Below, piece by piece: positions 1 to 10,959 of a DNA stretch of 64,000 nt. The DNA comes from Takakia lepidozioides (Eukaryota > Plantae > Bryophyta): the NCBI GenBank assembly GCA_030704615.1, contig CM060734.1, positions 35,402,001 to 35,466,000 on the forward strand, written 5' to 3'. The number at the start of each line of letters is the position of its first letter. The first letter of the stretch is position 1. The position numbers and the translations under genes were made by a program. The notes beneath the pieces were generated by a model that was not told the DNA's origin, searched no databases, and saw only the letters and a list, made by a program, of their open reading frames with translations.

Positions 1-860
1 TTGGATACAGATAGTGAGCCCAGCTGAATCTCAGTGTCCATTAAGCCAGCAGCTCATAGACGAGAGCTATGCTAAGGACTCTTACTGTCCTTAGAACCCA
101 TTTTGTACAGTCCTGCAAGCGCGCAAGGGCGAGACAGTTAATAGTATCGATAATGTCCCGGTATGTGGTCCGTACTGTCTTGTGAACAAACCTTTTTTTG
201 TTCTGCCAATATTGTTTCTGACATGTGAGGAGAGGATCGTCTTCATGTACGGGAAGTAGACGTGAATGTGTGCATGCATTTTCTGGCCCAGCTGCATGCT
301 TTCCAGGAACAAAGACCAGTGGAATGGGGGGTGTCTCCAAAGGAGCAGGACCGAACGACACCTTTTTGTGCTTCCCTTGCTTTCCTTCTCACCGTTGTTG
401 CATTCTCCCACCTGCCCAACAACAGCACTCTCGAAGCAATAGCATGACATATGTTGCAACATGGTCTTCTTCACCAGCGAATGAGTTTTTTTGCTACATG
501 TACTGCCACGTCCACATTAACGTTGATCCCTGCAAGCACTTGGCAAGACACCCCAGAGCCGCAAATCCAGCAACCACACACAAACACATCTAACTGATTG
601 TAGTGACACGAGAATAGCTCACTTGTAGAGGAATTGAACCTCCAGCCAAATGAATGGCTCTGCCCCTTGTAGCACAAGTGCGATGCAAAAACAAGGTGAG
701 TACAAAATGAAGAAGCACTTACGAGGTCCCCATCCCTCGGATGGGCTCCCACTTGTGCTTGGAACTATGCAGGCCTGACTAGCACCAAATTGCATGAATC
801 CTAAGCCTGAATGTCAAATGCAGGTTTATGTCGCGATGCAGCATGCCATCATCTAACCTG

Positions 861-1730
861 TAGTTTCCAGTTTCACTGGTGTCACAACTGCCTTCAAGTC
901 AACATCAAAATTAAGTCCACCTATGCGCAAATCGCAGAATGTCTCATGACACCATCTGCCGCCGCTGGTTTGGCATGATATGATTGTAGTTCACAACCTT
1001 AATGAACGCTTTCAGCCTTGACCTCTTTGCGATCTTCTTCTGTGACTGCTTCTTCATAATTTATGAAAGGGAAAAGTAGCTACACATCAAATTCTTGCAA
1101 GTACAGGGGGGTACTCAGGCCTCCTTGGGAGAAAGAGTGCCATAAACACAGACACATCCTTAAATGTAAAAATTGGAGAAGCGAACGTCTGGTGGCAATA
1201 ACTGCCTAAACCAGAATTATACTCCATTCCAGCGCACATGTAAAGGGTCGGATGATAACTCGGAATCCCAGTTGGAGATAATGAGACGAATACATGACTA
1301 TCTTGCGAGTTTCAACTTTCTTGGAGGTAGTTTCCAGTTTCTCTGGTGTCACAACTGCCTTCAAGCTGGGTTTAGAGGAATTAAGTCCCACTCGCAAATG
1401 CAGAATGTCTCCCTCATCTGCGTGGGGAAAATGGGGTTTGGCATGATATGATTGTAGTTCACAACCAAAGGGCATATTCTTCAGCCTTGACGTCTTTGCG
1501 ATCTTCTTCTGTGACGCCTTCTGCATAACTTGTGAAATGGAAAAGCAGCTACACATCAAATTATTGCGATGCCACTCAATGGCACTATGAACATTTCGAG
1601 CATGCTGTCAGAAAACTAGACGGGCAAAAACCCAATTCAGCAGCCTCACCTTGCGTGGATACTTGGGAATTGATGCCAGAAGGGCATGCCCGTATGCGCG
1701 CTCCATCGTGCCTCCATCCAGCACATTCTG
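861..1730 (-). pseudogene. RPL27: 60S ribosomal protein L27 (eL27) pseudogene fragments, partly tandem-duplicated
   Basis: Minus-strand segments translate to DGGTMERAYGHALLASIPKYPRK (~1650-1720), VMQKASQKKIAKTSRLK..VVNYNHIMP..LKAVVTPEKLETTSKKVETRK (~1300-1530), and a second copy IMKKQSQKKIAKRSRLKAFIKVVNYNHIMP..DVDLKAVVTP (~861-1065). These match plant eL27. Frameshifts are present and no N- or C-terminal exon was found. Confidence 0.85.
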
Positions 1731-2329
1731 TAAATGATGAATGACCAAGACCCCGATGTCACACCGTTCTGAGAAGCCACTACGCGCGCTCACAGTATAC
1801 GAAGGCCTTGCCGTGTCAGGATTTCCATTCCCACGTCCCGCCATGTCCGACGCAGCACTTGCATCCTTGTCTCTGCCAGGTGGAGGCAACACGTATTAAA
1901 ATATCTATTCCCCCAAGGCCACATTTTGTTTACCTCTTTTTGTGAAAGCCACGTCAGCAAATGTGCTGTCGAGTCATGGGTGCAATGAATGCGCAGTGGT
2001 TCATGGAGTCGTTGAGTCGACTACATATTCACTTTAATGAATAAATATCGTTATTCCATTAATCGGATTAGGAAAGAAAATTTGTAGTCGCATGTGCAGT
2101 AATTACAACCACTTGTAATTTTGGCTTTTTCAAATTTTATGTATTTACGCAATTCGTAAAATAGCCCGGAATTCTGCTACGACTCCGGAGTCGTTGACCT
2201 ACTTCTGTCCGCCGTCTGAAATGCCCCCGTGGGCCCACATTGTCTGTTTTGACTCTCCAGTAGTCCCGTTTACTACCAAGTGGTTTCCGGAGTGGTCGGG
2301 GACATGCAGTCGAATCGGAAAAGACACGA

Positions 2330-2650
2330 ATGCTTCTAGTGATTGGGGCGCCCTTAGTGACGCTTTTGCGATGCCGAGGCGTCGTAACGTCCATAAAAAA
2401 AATTAAAAAAAAAAAAAAAAAAATTCCGACGCCGGGGCGTCGCAGGAAAAAAAAATACGTCGCAGCGAGGGCCCTATTTCCCCCATCATGCCACCTTACG
2501 ACGGCTGGGCGTCGTAATGGTGTCGCAGCGGGGGATTGCAACGCCGGGGCGTCGCAAAAAAATGTCGCGGGCTCGGCGTCGCAGGCTCAGCGCCGCACGG
2601 GGCATGGGGGCGCGGCTGGCGTCGTAAACCCCCCCCCATTTGCTGTAGTG
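2330..2650. mobile_element. CACTA (En/Spm) element terminus with GCGTCGC/GCGACGC subterminal repeats
   Basis: Ends ...CCCCCCCATTTGCTGTAGTG (reverse complement CACTACAGCAAATGGGGG), similar to CACTACAGGAAAAGAGGGG at 58504. Dense GGCGTCG(C/T) motifs. The left boundary is approximate. Confidence 0.75.
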
Positions 2651-5411
2651 TCTACACATTGGCTCATGGAACTGTAATGGCTCGTTGTGGAGCCACCCCC
2701 AAGGGCTTCTAGATATTTTTTCTAAGTGTGATGTTCTTTTTCTTTTGGAAATACATGCGTACGAAGGAAATGACCCCCCTTTTATTCTCGGTTATAGCGT
2801 TCAGTCAGTGACTCGTCCATGTACAGGTCTCAAAGGATCTGGAGGTGTGGCTTGTTACTTTGCCGACTGGCTTCTCCCATTTATCTCCTTCCCATACAAA
2901 GACCCACTGGCAAGGTACATTTGGTGTCACATAAAACGCTACAACATCCTGCTGGCGGGATGTTATTTTGCTCCGGCTGCATCTCCGCACAATGGCCTAC
3001 ATATTCGAACAGATTCACCATATGTTCCATTGGAAGACAATATGGCCCGTCTCCATACCCCACACACGGACATTTTCTTGGTTGGAGATTTCAACGCCCG
3101 TATAGGATGACTACAGGCCATCATCTTCGACCACACGGATCCTCTACACATCCAACGCTCGCATACGGAATTGGAGAGGCAAAGCGCAAATTCCTCTTGC
3201 GAAATCACAAGCTACGGCCACCATCTACTCAAGTTTTGTGAAACTCAGTGGCAAGCCACACGTACAAGGGCCAGAGCATGGTTGACTATCTCTTGGGGAG
3301 CCCCAACAAGTGTGATAGAATAAGCTCATTTTACATCACGAGGTACCCGGATTCTGATCACGCTTGCCTTTCCTTTGCATTTCCTTCCATCTTCCTCCCC
3401 ATGAAGGTCCCCTCTGCTTCTCTTCCCTTACACCCACGTATCCACTTTAATACCCCTTTCTCTCACTTACACGACGCCGAGTATGAAACATACCTAGCGT
3501 CAACCCTCCCCTCCATTCTACATCTACCATCTCCTAACGATAAGGCTGCACATCTTACTCAAGCCTTTTGGGACTCAGCCTTGCGATCCTTTCCCGTCAC
3601 CCTTCCATCTACCTTCTCACCCTTCTCCACTCGTCGTTATGCACCATTTTATGATGAGGAATGCAAGATTGTTAGACGTCACATCAAATCTTTACTACTG
3701 GATACCAATTCTTCTCCAGAGTCCACTAACCTTGCTCTTAAGCACTATAAGTCCATCATTAGATCCAAAAAGAGAGCCTACACTATCAAGTTGCAATCTT
3801 CTTTCCTTACTAAAATCAGATTTTCTCCTCGTTCTTTCTTGTCCCTCCTTAAACCTCATAGAGACCGTCCCCCAATCACTGACATTCACGTATGGCATGA
3901 GTATGCACAGTATCATTTCCCAACCCAAACTCCCTCTCCCATAACCTCTAAACCCCTTCACTTCTCTCTCTTTACTACGGCCAATGTCAGCAAGGCATCT
4001 ACATTGACGCCTTGGAGAATTACATATCAAAAAACCATGGGGTTGGGGTACCATTGGATGGGGGACCAACACAATCAGATCTCCTCTACGCTGATGATGT
4101 TGCCTTTTTGGCACAATCCCCGGTCTTCCTGCAATGCCATCTCAAAATTTTGGAACAGTTCTGCAAAGACTATGGGATGCAAGTCAATCTTAACAAGACC
4201 AAGATCATGGTCTTCAATGGCCAGGCTGATCGTAGATTCATCTTCAACCAACACGAAATTGAGATTGTGAAATCATATCGGTACCTGGGTCTGGTTATCG
4301 ACTCCCCCAAGTTTCACTTTGCAGCCACTGCCCTGGACAGATTGACTAAAGGTAAGGTGGCCTCCGTTCGCCTTCAGGCCAAATGCAAGCAAATACATCT
4401 GTTTCATCCCCCAACCAAAAAGTGGCTGTTTGACACCGTCGTCAGCCCTGCTACCATCTATGGTTGTGAGTTCTGGGCACCTGGTGTCCCTGTCTCCCGG
4501 TGGGAAATAATCTGGAACCATTACAGTCATCTTTTCTCCAATCAATGCTTGGCGCCAGGAGCACAACTCCATCTCAGATCCTAGTGCAGAGTTCGCATGT
4601 GTACCATTGCAATCCGAGGCCCTCTTCCGGCTTACAATCTTTCTCCATAGATTACAGGTCCTTCCACCCAAGGGGCTCATGGCAAGGGCCCTCACAACAT
4701 CTATAAGGCTCAAAGCTGCAGGTTTCAGGAACTCCTGGTATGCTCAAATGGACAGTTTATTTCAATGCAACGGACTCTCTACTGCTTTCCTATTACCAAT
4801 GAATCTAGATGAGGTGGACATCACATCCAGACATGACTGCAACAGACTCATTAGGAGAGAGCTTATGGAATTACAGGTCAAGAGAAGTTGGAATCTCACG
4901 ACAAAGCTCCACTTCTATCGAGAGACATTCTTGGTGTTCCGCGATGATAGAATCTTGAGACCAAATTACTTTTCAGCATCCTTATCTCCTTCCCTCCTGA
5001 GGGCATTGGGGCGGTTCAGGGTGGGTTCCCACAACCTATGGATAGAGACTGGCAGATGGGAAAACCTGCAACGGGAGGACCGCCTATGTCCAGCTTGCAT
5101 AGGGCGCAGCCAGGAAATTGAAACTGAAGAACACTTCTTCTTCTACTGCCCTCTATACTACGAGATCCGTGGGAGATTCCACTGTTTATTCAGTGGAACC
5201 CAAACTCTCACTGATGTCTTCCACTATGAGGATAAAAAATGCTTGGCAGCCTACCTGCACGAGGCCTTCAACCTTAGACAATCGCTAGAACATTAATTGT
5301 TATTCTTGGTTTCTGGATTTGTTCCTCTCTCATGTTTTCTTCCATTTTGTCCCATAAGCTCTATGAGCTTTCCGTGGACGTTATAAAGCACCATTTCATT
5401 TCATTCATTTC
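2651..5411 (+). mobile_element. Degenerate LINE ORF2 (APE endonuclease, partial RT, C-terminal CCHC), RTEX-like, with (CATTT)n tail
   Basis: EN motifs SWNCNG, LFLLE, GSGGVA, LVGDFNARIG, SMVDY and DSDH; RT LLYADD; C-terminal RFRVGSHNLWIETGRW..RLCPAC..ETEEHFFFYCPLY. The 3' end is CATTTCATTTCATTCATTTC. Stops and frameshifts are present and the N-terminal RT subdomains are missing near 3990. The clade call is from recalled motifs. Confidence 0.9.
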
Positions 5412-5810
5412 TCTTGCTAATCAATCCCACTTTTAGAAATATGCATAGAACTAGATCTCTCAATCCTATAAAGAAATCTACAAAGAAACCAGCTCTCATA
5501 CCATGTCAGCAAACATACACATACTTCTAAAGATTCAGGGATGGAAGAATATGACTCTATTACAAAGGAGCTCTCCTCCCAACCACAGAGGTCTGTACAA
5601 AGATTGATTGCCTCTCCCCCGGGCTCAATATATATATAACTACTAGTTTTCTCCTACCGAGAGATGTCTCCCACCAGAGATGTCTATTCTCTCAAGACTA
5701 TCTAATAGCTATTCTAAGCCGCATCTATTCTAGGTTCTAGAGTATCTAATAGATGATGAGTTGAACCCAAAAGTTCATCGATCCTAATTCTAACATAAAC
5801 TCCCCACCCA
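5412..5810 (-). mobile_element. Possible LTR fragment with polypurine tract
   Basis: On the minus strand a PPT-like GGGTGGGGAG lies just before TGTTAGAATT (5795). Inside are a TATATATA box and TGTA/AATA motifs. It is cut off by the LINE tail. Confidence 0.4.
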
Positions 5811-6104
5811 TGTGAGCTTGGAAGCAAGGATCTATACCTTGGCAATGGCATACGTCCTACCGCCGTATGTATCATCCTAATCGCAATGTCTCCAGGTGTG
5901 CAGTAGAAACTAAAGTGGATTTAATCCTACCAAACGCACATGCCCAAATTTAAAGCTCTCTTTCGCCTAACTTTGTTTTGTTCATACACTCTCCGTGCTT
6001 CCAACATGACCTTAGACACTTCTGCCTCAAGTAAGCTTCATCTAGCGGGGTCAATTCTTTTCTTGCCCAATTTTCAGATAACTTGCAATATCCTCCACCC
6101 TTTT

Positions 6105-6146
6105 ACACGTGTGCATTAAGTTCTTACATTATTCCTATTATCTTCC
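6105..6146. repeat. Orphan terminal inverted repeat of the Mutator-like MITE family at 28246-28931
   Basis: ACACGTGTGCATTAAGTTCTTACATTATTCCTATTATCTTCC is nearly identical to 28890-28931. Confidence 0.85.
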
Positions 6147-6715
6147 CTTTTCCACCAGGCCTAGCCCATTAAATAGGATGGTCTTGCTTCCAAGGACTAG
6201 AATCGATTAGGCATGCAATTCAACTGACCTCACCATCTGATCCTGAACTCAAGATCAGCTCAAGGGCAGTACACCAACTCGCCCTGAAGCTGTTCTAGAG
6301 CTACACCGGCCACACCAAATTCAGCGGCTGTCACTTCTAGTAGGTTGCCTACTTCACCTGGGACTTACTGATGTTCCCGCTCATTCCTGCCTGGGACATT
6401 CAATTTCTGGGAACTGCTATCGGACTTCTCTCTGTCACCTTCAACAGCGGACCCATAGGTCAGGTTTCCATCAAAGTATTGCGTTTCTACAACTCTCTTA
6501 GTAGCTGGCTACCTCATTACTCATGCTCTGGAAACGGGTTGTTGATGTTCGCCGTGTCGCCTTGCCCCTCACTGTTCATAGGTGTACTGCGTAATCAGGA
6601 CTTGACGCAAGCATTTGGTGCTCTAGTCACTTTGCATCCACGCCGCTTTTGCCATCCGCTCCCTCAATTAGAATATCAAGAGATTCGGTCTTTCAAATCA
6701 CTTGCACATTTAAGG

Positions 6716-9700
6716 ATGGCTTCATGGCTGTGCCCCAGCTGCACATTCATGAACATTCATGGGGTCTCTGTATGTGCGATGTGCTCACACGCTGCCGCTG
6801 GTGAGTCGCGGGAAACCGGAGCCGGTAGTGTTGGCGAATTGCGTGAGTGGGCATGTTGCTCTTGCACTTTTCTGAATGCTCCGGAAGAGCCTTTGTGTGA
6901 GATGTGTGGGAGTGAGAAACCGGAGCGCACCTTGAGCAGCCCTTCAGTATCACAACCCATTGCCAAATTCAGGCCTTTGAGTTCTGGGTTGATTCCCGCA
7001 CTCGTTGTGGAGTGTCACGAGGAGAGTAAGAATTCGGAGAAAGACAAATTGTCCGGGCCCATACCCAGTCTGGCCAATGCCAGCATCATCTCCCATTCAC
7101 GCAAGCGGAAGGTTGAAGATGGGGCAGATCTCATCCTATCTGGCTGCAAACTAGCTGAGGTTCCCAAACTCGAAGCTGAGACAAATAAATTGCTCAAAAT
7201 GTTGCACCAGGAGAGATTGTCACGTAGGGGCAGTGCAACTGCTTCAGGTATGTTGTGCAGAAGAAGATAGCTTCAGGGTTTCTCGGGTTACCGTGTTAAA
7301 TTCACGTGTTAAGGACGCAGAGGAGGTGAGAATGAAGAGAGAGAAAGCAAGGTGGGAAAGGGTTTTTGTGCTGTTTCGAACTAAGTTGTTTCAAGCTGAA
7401 GGGTTAGAGATTGTGTGAAGGTTCACATTGCGATTTCATGCGATTGGCTGTAGATTTGGCTACCCAAGGAAAAACCAGGCAGTGAGCTGTTGGAAGTCAG
7501 GACTGATGGACTGTGCTCTTTTGATTGGTCTATGAAGGGTCACATGACTGTTATTATTTTCCCGCTGCTTGAGAATGGTGCACGATCAACCTTTGTGTAA
7601 GTGAGAGATTGAAAATTGGATGCCTCCTTGTGGCATTGGTTTGTGATTGTTAGATGGTGGAAAGGATAAGGGCGGCCCATCTTCATCAGCTGCCGCATTT
7701 TCCACAGCTGTACAGCCTCACTTAGCGACATGCACAGAGGGGCCCTCTTCCACTAAGGGTGACTCTGAGGTGGTCATCTTGTGCTACAATGTTTGGTTTC
7801 GTGAAGATTTGGAGTTGCTAGCTCGCATGGCTGCCATTGGCAACCTCATCCTCCTGCATCAACCCCACATCATTTGCTTCCAGGTCAGTTGCTGATTCAT
7901 TCTATCGTTTAGGGCCATCTCCCTCCTATGTGGTGATGTCTCACTCACAACCACCCATTGTGCTTACCTCATCTTTTGAAAGATTAGGTCTGTGGGGTGG
8001 TGGTCCTTTATGAGTAGCAACTGCTGTACATGCTTGCTGGTCCTCAAAATATGGCTCCTGACCACTTCTGGTGACAGCCAATGCCCCATGTAAAAGAACA
8101 TTTTACAAGCTTTTCCTGAGGATTGTTATCACCCCATGTACTTTCTCAATATACTGATACCACACTGGATATCAAGCCAAGAACTCCTTGACTTCATTGA
8201 ATTCTGCAGGAGTCTGGCAACATGGGCTATCGTTTTAGCTCTGGCTCTGCTTGGTATAGAAATGGCCTAGGTCTGTGTTGAATGTTGAAAGTTCTCTTGA
8301 AAATGCATGGCTATCTTTCATCTAAGAGTCAATCCAAATGGCAAACAGAGCCATTTCGAGTTTTTTTGGCCAACTGCAAATGGATGCAATTGCCCAGGTC
8401 TAACTTTGCCAGTATGTGAGATATAATCTGGACTCCTTTGGTGCTTTGTGAGTGCAGGAGGTGACGCCCAATATATATGCTATATTCCAGCAGGCTAGTT
8501 GGTGGAACCAGTATTCGTGTTCAGTCGCACCTGCTTTGGCATCCAACCGTCCTTACTTCTGCATACAGGTTACTCTCAGGCTCTGCCCTTACTTCCTATG
8601 AAGAAGGTAATGATGTGCAACTCAAAAACTGTACGGCTGAGATTGGAAATTCAACACATCTGTGAGGAAGGATGGCGTAGAATGTTCCTATAATCCTTCA
8701 GGCTCTCAGGGAGTTGATGTACCATTGGATCTAGACTCTGGTGACTCAATTTTAATTAATAGATTCTGTTGCATCAAACTGTTTGGATCCATTAGAAGAC
8801 ATGGCCATCTGGTGACGTCTCATATGTGAAGCTTCTCTGCTTTGCTGTTTTTGTGCTATTGCAATCTTTGAGTGGGCAAAAGCTTGAACACAAGTAACTA
8901 CATTGTAGTGCTCGTGTACACAATCAGTCTGTTTGATATCGTTGGGCTGAAAAGTCCTTTTGTGCTTTTGTAGTTGAGTAAGCTGCCGGTGTCTTCCTTT
9001 GATCGCAACCCATTCCGCAACTCGATAATGGGGCGGGAGCTCTGCCTGGCAGATGTGAAGGTAACTGATGGCACACAGTTGCTGGTCGCCACGTCACACT
9101 TGGAGAGCCCTTGCCCAGCTCCTCCAACCTGGAACCAAATGTTCAGCCCCGAGCGTGTTGTGCAAGCCAAGGAAGCTCTAGCTCTACTAAAGGATGTGCC
9201 TAATGCTATTTTTGGAGGGGACATGAACTGGGATGACAAACTGGATGGGGCCCCTCCTCTTCCACCTGGCTGGTTTGATGCCTGGCTCCAGCTGTGCCCT
9301 GGCCAGGTACTTCAGCAGTGCTTGCTCTATACCACTTGGCTTGGAAAATCCATCTCACTGAAAAGACGTTTCAGTTGAAGTCTATGGCCATATTGTGCGA
9401 AGCACAATGGTTAGCTACAGGTATAGTCTGTTGGGGTAGGTTGTCAGCAGTGTTGGAAGAGTTGATGTTGGCAATTAGTGTTTAAGTGTCCGCAGGACTT
9501 GCTGTTGCATCACTGCTGCAAAACAATTTGTGGATCCTTGCAGCTGCCTTCGGTGATATCCAACAATGTTTGCAAGGGTAGTCGGTGCTTCCATTCTGAC
9601 GGCTATCATAAGGTTAGTGGCAATTGTGATGGCTGGAGCTTAATGTTGGCAAGGTGGGGCATGCAGCCAGGATTGACGTATGACAGCAAGGCCAACCTCA

Positions 9701-9921
9701 TGCTGACAGGAAGTCGCTTACAGAAGAGGTTGGACCGAATCTATTGCCAGCTTCGTGATTTTGAGGTGGAGAGCATCAGGATGGTGGGAACCACCCCGAT
9801 TCCAGGTGTTACATATAAGAAGGAGCGCAAGGTGAAGAAGCAAGTGCAGCTCACGGAGCTTCCAGTGTTCCCAAGCGACCATTTTGGCCTTCTTCTGAAA
9901 GTGCGATGCAAGAGCACATAA
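6716..9921 (+). CDS. TDP2: Tyrosyl-DNA phosphodiesterase 2 (two RanBP2-type zinc fingers + EEP domain); exons 6716-7247, 7654-7883, 8458-8568, 8974-9306, 9667-9921; 486 aa
   Basis: WLCPSCTFMN..CAMC and WACCSCTFLN..CEMC fingers; YNVWFREDLE, FQEVT, ATSHLESP, GGDMNW, TYDSKAN, RLDR and PSDHFG motifs. All introns are GT-AG and the phases join in frame. Confidence 0.95.
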
Positions 9922-10959
9922 CACTGATTATTTCCTCTGATAACCTTAAGCTGACAACATGCAAGGGTACATTTTTGTAGTCATAAGATGACATTGTGAA
10001 CCAAATGCATGAAATGAAACACATGCTCAGTCAAAATTTTCAGTTCCTATGCAGTGGTGTCAACAATCCAACTATAGCCTTACCATGTTGTTGGCTTTAG
10101 TCACTTCAGGTATGACACAAAGTTAACTGATAGATTCCAGGAAGACCCTTCCCGGTGAGAACTCTGGTGTGGGAGGTTTTGTTTGCTCACATGTGGTTAT
10201 GCTCTTAAGATTTGTCAACTTCAACTTGGCACTACAGATGCTTTCCTCTACTGGGCCCATCTATCTGGAGTTAGAGAAGAATGTATCGATCAAGCTCATT
10301 TAAATTCTCCGTCAGCGAGGGACACATTGGAGGCCAATCAGAAGTGTCTACTGACGAGTTTGAAGAGGACTTCTGAGTTCCATGTTCTCTTGATCCCTGG
10401 CAGAAGAAACTCACTAAAGTTGCCAACCGTTCATAATGTAGCGATGGTGAGCTACTTGCTCAAGCACCTTCTCATGAACAATATGGTAGTCTATTTACCG
10501 AATCCTAGTTTCAGGATCTTCCTGCTGGGACTTTACCAAGGGCTCATGATCTTCCTCAGGAGATTTTGCACAGTTTAAGCCATTTGTAGCTGTTATCACT
10601 GTAGAGAAGCGAGGAAGCAGCAGTTTCTGTTTTCCTCTGACATCGAGGATCACAAAATCTCCTGCCTTCAAGATGAGTTGTTGGCTGCTTTAGATCTGGA
10701 GGGAAAGCAGATTTATGTAGGGAGACTTTCCACATTGACCTGCCAGGGCAAGGCAAACCTACTAGGAGCTGCAACAGAGTGCTGGGACCATTAGAGCGGC
10801 CTTCCATATTCCCGGCCCACCGCTTAAGGGAGGAAACCAACAAAATTGGCCAGGTACACATATCGCTTCCATGTATGGGGCGGCAAGGCCCGATCGCCGA
10901 TCTAGAGCGTCTGTAGCGCACCCGATAAAATGGGATGGGAGCAACAATCAAGTTGTAAC

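Noticed and set aside
1-800. Short ORFs at the window start
   Set aside because: No recognisable motifs, so no call can be supported.
6371-6715. 115-aa N-terminal extension of TDP2 in the ORF track
   Set aside because: No recognisable homology; the first zinc finger starts right after ATG 6716.
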